Positions 1-11,445 of a stretch of DNA of 64,000 bases are shown here, piece after piece. How positions within the stretch are numbered: the first letter of the stretch is position 1; every line of letters starts with the position of its first letter. The DNA is from Dudresnaya verticillata (taxonomy: Eukaryota): positions 124,001 through 188,000 of the forward strand of contig OZ374563.1 of NCBI GenBank assembly GCA_977862235.1, given 5' to 3'. Both the position numbers and the translations under genes were made by a program. The notes under the pieces were generated by a model. It did not search any database and was not told the DNA's origin. It worked only from the letters and a program-made list of their open reading frames with translations.

Positions 1-150
1 CCGTTTGCCAAGCAAGGATCCCTGTGTATCCAGACCAGTGCGCGTAATGCTGATGTTGATCTCGCTTACTGCGCGAGTGGCTGCGTCGAGTGTAAGATTG
101 GGGATACGTTTCTATTCCTTTGTCTTGGCAGAGTCGTTCTTGTTCATCTG

Positions 151-825
151 TGTTGTGAAGTGAAAGGCACACCTATAAGGAGAGCTGATCAGGCAATCCC
201 AATAAGGAGTGATCTCACACGGCATCGGGGTGGTAGAGCTTAGTTCGTAGACCGAAGGGAGTACCTCGAGCGGCAACACCTGTAAGGAGTAAAGGGACGC
301 AACAGACAAGGGGGACGGTACAGTACCAAGACAGCTACACCGGGACGGAGGTAAGAGGAATCCGTGCACGGGGCTGGCGAGGGGAAACCGTAAAGGAGTA
401 TGAGGGTAAGGCTTAGGGTAAGTCACTTTGCCCAGGGTTGCGTACCCGTTTACTGTAGGACTCGCGGTGGCCACCCATTAATATACTGGGAGATACGCCC
501 CGCGGTCCGGTCCGTGTGGGCCAGACCCCAATGGGTCTGGTCCACCAGGTGGGTCCGGCCCTACTGGTCCCGGTCACCGTTGCGGACATGCTCGGCATTC
601 TCATTGGCCGGCTGACACTACGTACTGTACAGCATGATTATAATTACCTAATCACAAATAAATAAACTACTTGGCTCCTATTGGTGGTGCGCGCAGACTC
701 CAGCAGGGCATACAGTGCTACTGTGTCACTGCACTCCGCTTCGGCTTTTGGCGCCAGCTCACCGGTGCGTCGGCCGCGGGTCGGCTCAACCGTCGTCCGC
801 ACTCCGAAACGGCCGCTTCACCACA
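151..825 (-). mobile_element. Gypsy family B solo LTR (675 bp) inserted in Copia gag
   Basis: Termini TGTTGTGAAG...CTTCACCACA. 5-bp TSD ATCTG (146-150, 826-830). Reverse complement of the PPT-preceded LTR at 54079-54753. Confidence 0.95.
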
Positions 826-1592
826 ATCTGCAGTAGTGTGCTGGATATCGAATTGAGAGTGGTCTGGACGGAAGCTACGTTGGGAGTATCATTTTTAAGT
901 GTGGAGGCGGCTTCGAATGAGGCTTGAATGGCTTTCGATAGATTGCTTCTGGAGACTGAAACATACTCCAGGATGGGCATATCCGTCTTGACTGTAGCTT
1001 CGCTGATAAGTTGAAGGATGATGTGGTTTAGGGTGGCTTCTGGAAGTTTAGCATTTTCCAGTAGAATCATGGCGAACAACTGGCTATCTTGTTTGGCGTT
1101 CCCGGTTTGGCAATTATTGAGGTAAAGACTGGCGAGTCCTTTGAATCTGCGGGCGTATGCAATTGGTGACTCAGCATCCCCGCGAACACAGTGATGGACG
1201 TTTTGCATCATGGAAACAAATCGCTTTACGCTTTCGGTTGGGCTGTCTTCTGCAACGATATTCAGTATCGCTTCGATCATATTCGTCTGGTCCGGATCTT
1301 CTTCGTCCGTGTCGAGTGATAGGGTGCCCATACTGATTGCATGATCAAGGAGGTACCTGGAAGACTCGTCTACTGCGAGGTAGAGCGACTCTCCCAGAGC
1401 ACTGGCAATGGCTTTGGCGTTCTTGCAATCGGCTGCGGCTTGTTTCTTGACAATTCGGACCCATGTGCGGACTTCATTGCGCCATTTAAACTTGTTGGTA
1501 GATGATTTGAAGGCTGGTGGATCAGTTGGCCTCCTCGGAACAACTGCTATGGCTGGACCCATAACTGTCGTTTGCTGGAAATGATCTGACAT
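826..1592 (-). pseudogene. gag: Copia Gag N-terminal part, interrupted by solo LTR
   Basis: ORF starts inside the 5' LTR and reads through the PBS. Contains PPAFK..F.KW..EV..W and R...ES...Y..RF gag-like motifs. Confidence 0.8.
1553..1565 (-). promoter_or_regulatory. Primer binding site GTTATGGGTCCAG (internal/half tRNA-iMet type)
   Basis: Directly abuts the 5' LTR. Resembles the Drosophila copia-type PBS GGTTATGGGCCCAG. Confidence 0.8.
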
Positions 1593-2013
1593 AGAGCTGT
1601 TCAGAAGGGACGAGGAGGTAGGGCTGGGCGGCTAGTCGATTCGGCACGGTTGCCGGTCAGGTCCGTTCCTTTTTTCCTCTCGTTTATCAGTCTAGCAATG
1701 AGGAGTCTGCTTAAATGCTGTTCTCGTTTTCTCCTCTCTGGGCTGTAGCGCCCTCTTCGCGGCGATGCACTTCGGCGATGTTTTCATGAGCATTTGTTCG
1801 CGAATTGTGCTAGCACTTATTCCGGTTGCACATTTGCCTTGGTGAAGGGGCGTGAGTATTTGTATTCGTGAGTGTGCGAATTGGCCTGGTGGTTCTCGTG
1901 CTCGTCGATTAGCATTGCATTGTATTGCTTTCGTTTCGTATTGCATTTCCTCGTAGTGCTCGTGAGCTGGCTTTGTTTTGTATTGCTTTCGATTTGTTGT
2001 GCTGGGTTTGACA
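1566..2013 (-). repeat. Copia 5' LTR (448 bp)
   Basis: TGTC...GACA termini. Matches 15026-15473 and 34428-34875. Confidence 0.95.
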
Positions 2014-3479
2014 ACAGTACAGTACTGTAGCAACCCCATATCTGGCGCACACCGATTTGAGTCCAATTACCCAACCCGCTCGGAAAGCTAGGTCTGTTCC
2101 TTCGCCTCATGCAAACCGTGTCACCGAAAGAGCATCTATCGCCCCCGGAGGAAGCAAGAGGTTGCTTGCGAGTCTCAGTCGCCGCAGAGCAATATTCACT
2201 CTCCCTTAGCAACCAAACTGGCTCAAACGCGTTGTCTCCAGCTGCATCGCGTTCGTTTTGCAGCTTTGCTGCGAACATTATACATCTTTAGTGCTACAGT
2301 TATTACAACAGAACGTAGCGGCCGCGGTCAGTTATCAACAGGCGTGAGCTTGTTGACTGTCTGGTTAGGAATGTTTTTTGATGCATGTTAAGTTCCCTTA
2401 ACGAGCTTCTGCTCCCAGCACAATCTTGCAAGTATCGCCAGTGATGTTTGCGGGTGTAATATGAAAGTCGCCCCTCTATATCAACATGCATGTGTTGGCA
2501 TGTTGCTGATTTCAGCCACTAACGTGCAGTTCTGCAACGTCGGGCAGGTAACTTGCACGCCAGTCAGCGCTCGCCGCCGTGGTCACCACCGCGCCAGTAT
2601 GTTATCACCTACTGTCACTCGCCAAAGGCGGTGCGTATGCTTGCGGGCCTCAATTTATCCAGATGGCACAGCTATGCCCGCAGGCTAGTCTTGGATAGTG
2701 GGTTAGTGTAATGAGCAATCGTATTTATGCCAGAAGGAATGAATCCCAGCCTTACTTCTGCTCTCCTTGCAAAGCGGATATCGGACTCACCTGGGTCGTT
2801 TCAAACATCGCCCTGGGTTCGAGACTGTTGCGAGTCGCGGTCCTCGAGAATACAATCTCTGAGAGGGAATATATTACTGTTTGCTTTAAAGGGATGCTTG
2901 TTGTTTGCAAAAAGCATGTTTTTGCTTGCAGGTGACTTTTCAATAAGGTCAGAGGATGCAGATTAAAGGGCAAAAAAGGCGGAGTGGTTGGGGCAGTGCT
3001 ACAGTAGGTGCTGTAGAGAATGTTTTGTGCGATTGTGCGCGAGGAGATGTCCGACGTTGGTCTTTCTGCCGAGGAGGCAGTGCCAGACACATTATAGCAG
3101 CTTTCCAAAGCGGGCGTGATGGACTGTTCGAACGTGGTTGACCTGACGGCGAGTTGGGGCAATAAAGATGAGCGGCTGGGTGCGGAGCTCCCGTGGCGAT
3201 CCACGACGCGCTGCCTCGTCTTTCGCGCTCGCGCAACTGCTGTTATGACTTGCAGCTGGCGATGAGACTGTTGCAGTATTGTTGGGTCGAACGGTGCTGT
3301 TGACACTTCAAGAATCATGACGGCAAGCGGGAATCTGTCGGAGAGCGGAATGCGCCGAGCTCCCAGGCGATGAGATATTGCCGCGAACGCGCGTTTTTTC
3401 ACCATATGTTCCGGGCTCATTGGGTGAATCTAATGGTCTGAAGATAGGTATTTGGGTGTGTATACAACGACTGTGTAAA

Positions 3480-4096
3480 CTCTACCGGTTGAATTTATTT
3501 CTAACTGTATCCGGACCACAGTGCTCCTTCCTCGTCCTGCCGTAGCAACTTCGAAACAATGCATCACCGGCCTGTTCCCGTACTTGCCGTCGGGAACCGC
3601 CGGCGGCTGTGGTCCCTTCTCGATGAAGCGGCGGTGCATGGCTTCGGAGACGCGCTTGGCCTTCTGGTCCGCACCCACGACTGGATCCTCGGACGCAGCG
3701 ATCCAGGCGCGGGCGAGGACCTCGTTCTCATGCTGATGTCCCAGCTCTTCCCGCGGCCCATGTTGGCGGTGTGTGTGCGTGAGTGGTAGAGGTGGGCGAG
3801 CGGGGACGAAGTGTGCGATGTAGCATGGGTTGTGGCGGATGGACGGTACTGTGTACAGTACCTCTCTCTGTCTTCGCGCGCTTTGCGCAACCAATGATGG
3901 AGCAGAGAATGGCACTGTGTATCAATAGAATACCTCACGCGCGTGCGCTATTGTGGTGATCAATAGACATTTTCGGCTGGGTATTCTATTGAAATTTTAC
4001 GCGATTAGAATAGATTCGCCGCGGTAGAGATGGGAAATTCTATCTATACTAAAAAATTGTATATATTTACTGAATAGCGAACCGGTAGAGATGCTC
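3480..4096 (-). mobile_element. PIF/Harbinger (Pong-like) DNA transposon remnant with frameshifted Myb/SANT-like ORF1 fragment
   Basis: The right end reads GAGCATCTCTACCGGTT on the minus strand, next to TTA (4097-4099). A partial inverted copy CTCTACCGGTT is at 3480. The minus-strand peptide from ATG 3761, MGRGKSWD/ENEVLARAWIAASEDPVVGADQK, matches the Harbinger ORF1 pattern W...E...L..AW...S.DP..G..Q. Confidence 0.65.
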
Positions 4097-6530
4097 TTAG
4101 GTAGTTGTTTTGTTGTATTTTATTTGTTGTTTAACGTGGTCCTCTGTGGGCGACTATGGAGCATTTGCTTGCACACGATCGATTGATGGGCAGGGAGCTA
4201 TACGCTACAGAATGGATGTAGCTTTGAAACAGTATCTAACCACAACAAAGAATGTAATACTTTGTAATACTTTTCGGTCTGTTTACTAACCTTGTGATGG
4301 TTTTTACAGAATGCCAATAACCGAGTGTGGTTGATACTCGGAGACAGCTGAATTTACATAACACCGGCAACAGTAAAGTGTGTTCTTGATTCGACAGCCG
4401 GTTTCTGACGACTTTCAGAGCAACAGTACTGTCCTGCAGTGAAAAAAGGTGTGCAAAGAAGGTTCATTATGACCCATGAATTGCGAACAAGCTGCATCTG
4501 AAAGTGTTGTGAAATTTACCGTGACCAAGACTGGAAAAACATACGGAACTTGGTAGAATTGTCAAACAGGCCTCTTGAAAGAGCAGGCTTTGACTTACGA
4601 ATAGCACTTGTCTGAGAGAAGCAGAGAGAATATGACTATCACTTAAGACAATAATGCGTCGCGTATTTGGGAGTGGCACAGGGAGTAGAGTGACTACAAG
4701 CCATTGTTTCCAATTTAAATGATGAGGCAGTCTATACGTAGTTATACAGATAATGCGCAGTCGGGAATGGGAACATGGAACCGTATAATTGTACCTAGAT
4801 TTTGCGCACTATGGCAGCGCGCTCGAGGAGAATGAATAACTTTACGACTGCTATAGCAAGGGGGAATTCCCCCGACTAAGTAGATTGCTAATTTCAATCG
4901 TGGACATGGCTTTTGTCGAGCATGCCTTTGTCAAGAAACCACTGCAAATCTCTTACATGCCTTTTTATGATACTTTTCTTCGAGTCCGCAGGGCACACAT
5001 CTTTTGCAGATTCAGTACTGTTGGGACTGTCGATATGCATAACAAGATAGTCAAGGTCAGGTTTGTACATCAGTGTCTGATGGACTAGCTGGCAGTAATT
5101 AGACAATCGGTCAATGAGAGTCGTTATAGTTTATTAAATCAACTGTATTCACATCTGCTCCTAAGCGCGACAGCGAGACATGATTCTGCGAAGAAGGCCC
5201 CGAAGTGAAAACGTGAACAATTGTGATGTACATCGAGAACACATTCCAATACGAGGCTGCGCAATTGGAGAACTTTCGCAACAAGGCTTCAGAACGCACG
5301 CGATGCAGCTGGCGACATCGCGTTTGAGCCAATTAGGTTGCTATGGAGTGAATATTGCGCTGCGGCGGCTGAGGTTCGCAAGCATGCTCTTGCTTCCTCC
5401 AGGGGCGATAGATGCTCTTTCGGTGGCACGGTTTGGATGAGGGGAAGGAACAGACCTGGCATTCCAAGCGGGTCGGGTAATTGGACTCAAATCGGCGTGC
5501 GCCAGATATGGGGTTGCTACAGTACTGTACTGTACTGTACTGTACAGTACAGTATTGTACAGTTCCCTTATTTAAGATGCAGTACGGTATTCAGCATATG
5601 TGACGGTCGTGACAGTCGTCCCAGCCGCGTCGTTGAGGAACTGCTGAGATAGTGCCTGGCAGAGCTTTCTGGCCTGCAGGGCGCTTTCCGCATCACAGCT
5701 ATTTTAAAGCTGTGGGATTTATGTGGAATTGCAACAGTGGGCAGTTTTAAGTGCGCAGACCTTTGTTTCTCTGCCAGTTCCTTTCAGTTCTCCGGCAGTT
5801 GCGAGACGGTAAATTGACCGTGGAGAAGTTCGTCACTCCGCGATACGACTGGCCGCCTAAAGCACGCCATCGTCACGTCACCCAATGGTGAGCGTTACGC
5901 TACCACGGCGGGTGACGTCACCCAATGTTATGAGAACACTTGGCGAGTCCCGAGTTGCAATTCCCGTAGAATCAGAAATGACTCAATCCTTGATGCTTCC
6001 CGCAGATGGACGTATCTGCGTGCCAAAGTCGGAATATAAGGCCTAAATTTTGCAGCATGCACGATTCTTGCGTCTACGCATTGACCCGTCTGTTACACAC
6101 GTCCCGATCGACAGCTGCGTGTTCGATACTGATTTGCCATCCCTCCGAGCCCGTCTTGGGAGTTAGTCGGCTTGGAAAACCCTGCTACTACAGCTATTTA
6201 TTGTACCAATCCCACGTTTGACTGGCAGACGCAAGGCTCGGTGTGTCGACGTGCCCAGGCCGAGCCCCGGCAACTGTAGGACAGTAACCGACCTATGGCT
6301 CACATTGCAACAGAACAGAAGCCTTCTTGCTGTCGCTTTCCGACTGCAAGTTTGATGGCGTGTGTTTCAAGTAGCTGTCACAGCATTCGTGCTAAAGTAC
6401 TAACAAGTTCATGGGTGAGCCCCCGTCGCATCATGCAACCGGCAGACAGTTGATGGCAGTCGGCCTGTGTATTGTGCAAAGTCAAGATTAAGCTTTATGA
6501 AAATTTCACCCTTCTGCTTTCAAAGTTGTG

Positions 6531-6536
6531 TATAAG
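6531..6536 (+). promoter_or_regulatory. TATA-like box of secreted-protein gene
   Basis: TATAAG about 110 bp upstream of ATG 6644. Conserved at the edge of the homologous block in the inverted paralogue (about 12756-12761). Confidence 0.5.
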
Positions 6537-6643
6537 ACCTCTTGACCTCGATTTGCACATGCGATTCGTTTTGTTTGTGTAGCCTGCCGTCGCACCTTTC
6601 GCAACCGACTGCACACTGCCGTTCTCATCTGACCCACAACGCC

Positions 6644-7366
6644 ATGAAGCTCCTCTTGTTCTTCACTCTCCTCGGCCTGTCGCTGTCACAAGCATTCGCC
6701 GCTTTCCTCGCCTCATCGAATGTCCGTCAGGCGGTGACCAAGAGATGCGGGCGGTGCAACAAAAATGCCTGCAAGAGGCAGTTCAAAGATGACAGGCGCC
6801 AGTGCCGCACGCTGAAAAAGGCGAAGCGCCCGAAGTGCATCTCCCGCGCCAAGAGGAATCGCAGGCGTTGCCAACTCACGCTCGAGCTGGCTTCGTCTGA
6901 GTGCCCCGAAGTTTGCGCTTCGCAAAGTCCGACGCCGTCTATGACACCATCGCCGTCGGTTTCACCGTCGGTGACACCCTCAGCGTCACCCTCGGTGTCG
7001 CCCTCTCCGTCTGCCTCGGTGTCACCCTCGCCGTCTGCTTCGTCGTCTGCTTCGCCGTCTGCCTCGCCTTCGACATCAAGTGCAGCTGTAGCGCCTCCTT
7101 GCACGTGCGAGGTTGTCAACAAGGGCGACAGTACGTTTGGGATGTTTACCCTCACAAGATTAGAGTTTACGTGCACCGGGCCAAATGGGGCGTCCGGGTT
7201 CGTGATTTCAACCATATTGAAGGCGAGCGCGCAGTGCTACTTGGACGCGACGTTCTCACAGGCTGATGTGGACGGCCTGTCGTGCGCGCCGTGTGAAACG
7301 ACACGTCGTGGCGAGTCTTGTGGAAACGATTTTAGGGGCTTTTTTGAGGATACGTTTGGTTGCTAG
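6644..7366 (+). CDS. Secreted 240-aa protein: signal peptide, basic Cys-rich domain, Ser/Pro linker, C-terminal 8-Cys domain
   Basis: Start context GCCATGA. Hydrophobic N-terminus MKLLLFFTLLGLSLSQAFA. K/R-rich Cys domain, (SPSA/SPSV)n spacer, intact frame. Paralogue at 11446-12650. Confidence 0.85.
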   Translation: MKLLLFFTLLGLSLSQAFAAFLASSNVRQAVTKRCGRCNKNACKRQFKDDRRQCRTLKKAKRPKCISRAKRNRRRCQLTLELASSECPEVCASQSPTPSMTPSPSVSPSVTPSASPSVSPSPSASVSPSPSASSSASPSASPSTSSAAVAPPCTCEVVNKGDSTFGMFTLTRLEFTCTGPNGASGFVISTILKASAQCYLDATFSQADVDGLSCAPCETTRRGESCGNDFRGFFEDTFGC

Positions 7367-8563
7367 AGATGGTGGCGAAAACATATATGAACATTGCGTA
7401 CATTCTCCAGTGTTGGTGGCGCCACGCCTGGTGGGAAAGAACGCGTTGTAAGGATATCTGTTTAGAAAAGGGGATGGTCAGAAAGTGTTGAAAGCAGCTT
7501 GAAGCCTGTTTCGAGTGAACATCGTTTAGCAATGCAGCTTGTAACTGTGCCTGCCAGCATAGTCCCCGTTGTACCGGTTCAATAATGAATTCCAGTATTC
7601 GGCGACTGGCCTCATCGAGTCGAAAAGTTTTCTTCTTGGAGAAGGACCACAGGCCCTTCCGATAATAAGTTTGCAAGATGTGTATGGCGTACTTTGTCTG
7701 CATTCTGTACCCTTTGGATGAACCATTTATTAGTGAACTGTGCGACGAACGAGCCCATGCATTAGAGCCAACCGATATATATTTTGCACGCAGTCTTGCA
7801 AAACGCCGCGCGGGGAAACGGCTTGCGTGACACGCGAGTAGTGCACGATCGGGACGCCGGTCACTCGAAAATCACTAAACGGCAGAGCTGCCGGGTACCA
7901 ACAGGAATGCTGGCGCTGCGCACCGAGCACGTTGCGCCCGATTGTACCGCAAGGAGCAGGTGTGCCATGATCTGTAGCTTTAACAAGTTTCTTTCGCCTT
8001 GGCCTCGGTTGCCGGCTTGTATGTCCCACTTTTCTCAACCTTCGCATCGGCAGCGCGCTACAGCGCGAAACCGAGAGTAGCGCGAGAAGCCGTTCACTGG
8101 GCGCGCGATCTTGAACAACTCCCGTGGAGCTCGCAAGTGAGTAACGGGCAACTCCCGCGGAGCTCGCAAGTAACTTACGGGGCGACGCGCGGCAATCAAG
8201 GCCAGATATATTCAAAGCCTTCTTTGCGGGCTCTGCACTTGTTTGATACCTGTAGAGTGGAATCGGTAGGTTGTATTGGGTACTCATTGGGGGCTGTGGA
8301 GGCCTTGAAGACAGCCATGAAAGGAAGGGAGGTGACTAGAACATATTGTATTGATGAAGTACGGGCGTCGCTTGGCTTAATTATTCAGAAACCTTTTAGT
8401 GGGATGACCGTTTTAAGGTAATGGGGTTACAATAAGGACTTAAACTGCTACAATTACAATATTCCGTTGATACCTCTACGGAGAGTATTAGAACGTAGCA
8501 GTCGCAACCATAGCTCTGGTACGGAGTGATAAAAATTGGTAGAAGTCCTGGATTGGTCTTGGG

Positions 8564-8947
8564 GTGGTGTTCAATGTTGTCAGTGACACAGTATACGATT
8601 TCCGTTCACTAGTTGATGGCAAAGAGGAACGAGTCCACACTGCTAGGCTGATGAAATACCGGGCGGCACAAGATGGCGTCAAAGTGTCTGAAGAGCTGCT
8701 ACGGCAAGCTGAGCACCTTGAAGCTAAGTACGAGGTCATTGATAAGCTACGGGATATATGCAAGGCTTCTGATGGACTTTTTGTACAAGTCAAATGGATG
8801 GGTCTACCCGATCCATGTGATTGGACGCGGAATAGTATTGCGCAGCTGTTCGAGGATTTTCCCGGCAAGCTCCACGCACTTCTACAGTCCACGCGAAAGC
8901 GCAAACTCGCAGCCCAGGCGCAAGAGCTCTTGGGCTTAAACAACTAG
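8564..8947 (+). pseudogene. Gypsy integrase C-terminus with chromodomain (5'-truncated remnant, family E)
   Basis: VHTARL..Y motif, then YEVIDKLRD...VQVKWMGLPD..DWT....QLFEDFP. Followed by a purine tract and an LTR-like TG start. Confidence 0.75.
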
Positions 8948-8979
8948 CATGCCCAGGCTACGCCTAGGCATGGGGGCAC

Positions 8980-9321
8980 TGTAGACTTTCCGCGCGAAAG
9001 CAATGCGGATGAGACTCACGCGTCTCAAATCATGCAGGAAAGACTCAAGTCGATGAGACTCATGCGTCTCTTGTCAATTTCATTTTGTCAGTTTTCAGAA
9101 TTTTATGGAGCACTCAAATGCTCGCTTTAGTGCAACCGCGGGAGAGATATCTCTCTCCCTTTGCTCCACCCTCAGGGCCAACATTACTGTACGAGGGAGG
9201 AAGCAGACTAGTATAAATAGGGACTGTGCTTTCGTTCCCGGAGTAAAAAAGGCATCAGACACATCAGAGTACTGGTCACCCGCAAGGTTCCGCCAAGGTT
9301 ATTTTCTGGACTACGTTTACA
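8980..9321 (+). repeat. Probable 3' LTR of Gypsy family E
   Basis: Preceded by AGGCATGGGGGCAC (PPT-like). Termini TGTAGAC...GTTTACA. Internal TATAAATA at about 9212. Confidence 0.55.
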
Positions 9322-11445
9322 GTCCAGAAAGATAAATGAAGTAGGGGCGATGCTCGGGCTGTGTGTCGTTATGCGTCATGGAAGAAGCAGCCAGTCGCAG
9401 GGATGGGCCAGGGCCGTCGAGAAGAGAAGGCGGCGCAAGGACTGTGCTTCACTATTATAATATCTAACTTGTATCCTTGATGGATATTTGTTTAGAGATA
9501 TTGCATTACATGCATGCAATATCAGATCAATACAATATTGCTAAGATACAATACTTCCACTTATATAGTAGTAACGTCTATATTATTGTTGACTTTCTGA
9601 ACTACTAGAATACTATCTCAAGCTGAGAAGTAGAAAGTCTATAAGAACCCTCAATAGTTTGTTCATTCTTGATCTAAGGCATCAGAACGAGAAGAACTAT
9701 TATAACACATTCAAATACACTTTCTTATTTGATCTATCCATTTATCTTGTCTTATCTTCCTTCTTCACAACGTGTTTCCCTCCTCATTATTAATATAATG
9801 CCTATTCCCTCGCGCTCAAAAGTGCCGTCGTGAGCTGCGTTACAATAATGATTGTTGTAGGCAGTAAACAATGAGATATGCAGTAATATGACACAGTGCA
9901 TGCTCTTGATCTTTTCAATGAGCTGGATGTTGGTATAAAACGGCAACATCAAACGTATAATATGGACAAACTCAATAACTTTCTAATTGCTGGAGTAGCG
10001 TGATGGCGGCTTGTTGAGCAAAGTCCTCGTTCGATTCTTCGAGGTCATTCCAAATACCAACAAATGAGCTTAAACGCCCGGCCAAGTCAACAATTTTCGT
10101 TACCCAAGTCTAGCAGTACACTGGATATATTCCGGAAACAACAGCTGTTTCCGGACGCATCTGTTTCCGGAATATGGTCCTACAGTATGTAGGTCCATTT
10201 CCGGAGGCGCCGATGTGCCCTAGAATTGGAAACAAAGTTGCATTTCCAGTTCTGGAAACGCCATTAGAGCAGTCCTAAACTTGCTCAATTCGGCGGAGCG
10301 TCATATAGTTTGTTTGAGCGCGCGTTTCACTGCTACGCCCCGTCAGTTGTTTGAAACAAGCTCACTTGTCAATTCGGATTTCGCCCAGTGAATGGCTTCA
10401 CGTGCTACTCGTTCTTTTGCGCTGTAGCGCGCTGCCGGCGCGAAGGTTGAGAAAAGTGGGACATACAAGCCGGCAACCGAGGCCAAGGCGAAAGAAACTT
10501 GTTAAAGCTACAGATCATGGCACACCTGCTCCTTGCGGTACAATCGAGCGCAACGTGCTCGGTGCGCAGCGCCAGCATTCCTTTTGGTACCCGGGCAGCT
10601 CTGTCGTTTAATGATTTTCGAGTGACCGGCGTCCCGATTGTGCACTACTCGCGTGTCACTCAAGCTGTTTCCCCGCGCGGCGTTTTGCAAGACTGCTTGC
10701 ACAATATATCAGTTGGCTCTAATGCATGGGCTCGTTCGTCGCACAGTTTACCAATAAATGGTTCATCCAAAGGGTGCAGAATGCAGACAAAGTACACCAT
10801 ACGCATCGTACTAACGTACTATCGGAAGGGCGTGCGGTCCTTCTCCAAGAAGAAAACTTTTCGACTCGATGAGGCCAGTCGCCGAATACTGGAATTCATC
10901 ATTGAGAACCGGTACGACGGGGGCTATGCTGGCAGGCACGGTTGCAAGCTGCATTACTAAACGATGTTCACTCGACTTCAAGCTGCTTTCAACACTTCCT
11001 GAACAACTCCTTTTCTAAACAGATATCCTCACAACGCGTTCTTTCCCACCAGGCGTGACGCCACCAACACTGGACCAATAAATGGTTCATCCAAAGGATA
11101 CAAAACGCAGACAAAGTACGCCATACATATCGTGCAAATTTGTTATCGGAAGGGCCTGCGTTTCTTCTCTATGAAGAAAACTTTTTCGACTCGATAGGAC
11201 CAGTCTCTGAGTTCTGGAATCTATTCTGGAGAACCGGTACAACGAAGGCTATACTGGCAGGAACGATTACAAGCTACATTACTAAACGATGTTCACTCGA
11301 AGCTGGCTTCAACCTGCATTCAACTCTTCCTGAACAGCCCCTTTTCTAAACAGATATCCTCACCTCGCGTTCTTTCCCACCAGGCGTGACGCCACCAACA
11401 CTGGAGAATATGCGCAATTTTTCGTATATGCTCTCGCCACCAAGT

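Larger units (their letters stand above)
1..2013 (-). mobile_element. Ty1/Copia LTR retrotransposon, 5' part (duplicate of the 15026-34875 element; continues left of the window)
   Basis: Nearly identical to 32863-34875 at offset 32862. Contains the 5' LTR (1566-2013), the PBS and gag, followed by the same ACAGT flank (2014-2018). Confidence 0.93.
1..3387 (+). repeat. Direct segmental duplication, copy 1 (copy 2 = 32863-36249)
   Basis: Colinear at a constant offset of 32862 with only scattered substitutions. Includes about 1.37 kb of non-Copia flank. Homology stops after ...ATTGCCGCGAA (3387/36249). Confidence 0.95.
5270..8103 (+). repeat. Inverted duplication, arm 1
   Basis: Reverse-complement homology: 5270-5530 with 34876-35140, 5530-6300 with about 14330-15025, 6530-7410 with about 11400-12765, and 7410-8103 with 10382-11073. 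Confidence 0.85.

Noticed and set aside
112..927. ORFs overlapping the B solo LTR (also 32974-33789 and 54289-54990)
   Set aside because: They lie within LTR sequence, recur only because the LTR recurs, and show no protein motifs.
2752..3420. 222-aa ORF in the duplicated flank
   Set aside because: It crosses the duplication junction, has no motif, and its conservation only reflects the recent duplication.
9750..10280. Possible degraded Harbinger transposase (HCVILLH) with a TIR-like end near 10276 and CCGGAAA repeats
   Set aside because: Too short and degenerate, and no partner TIR was found.
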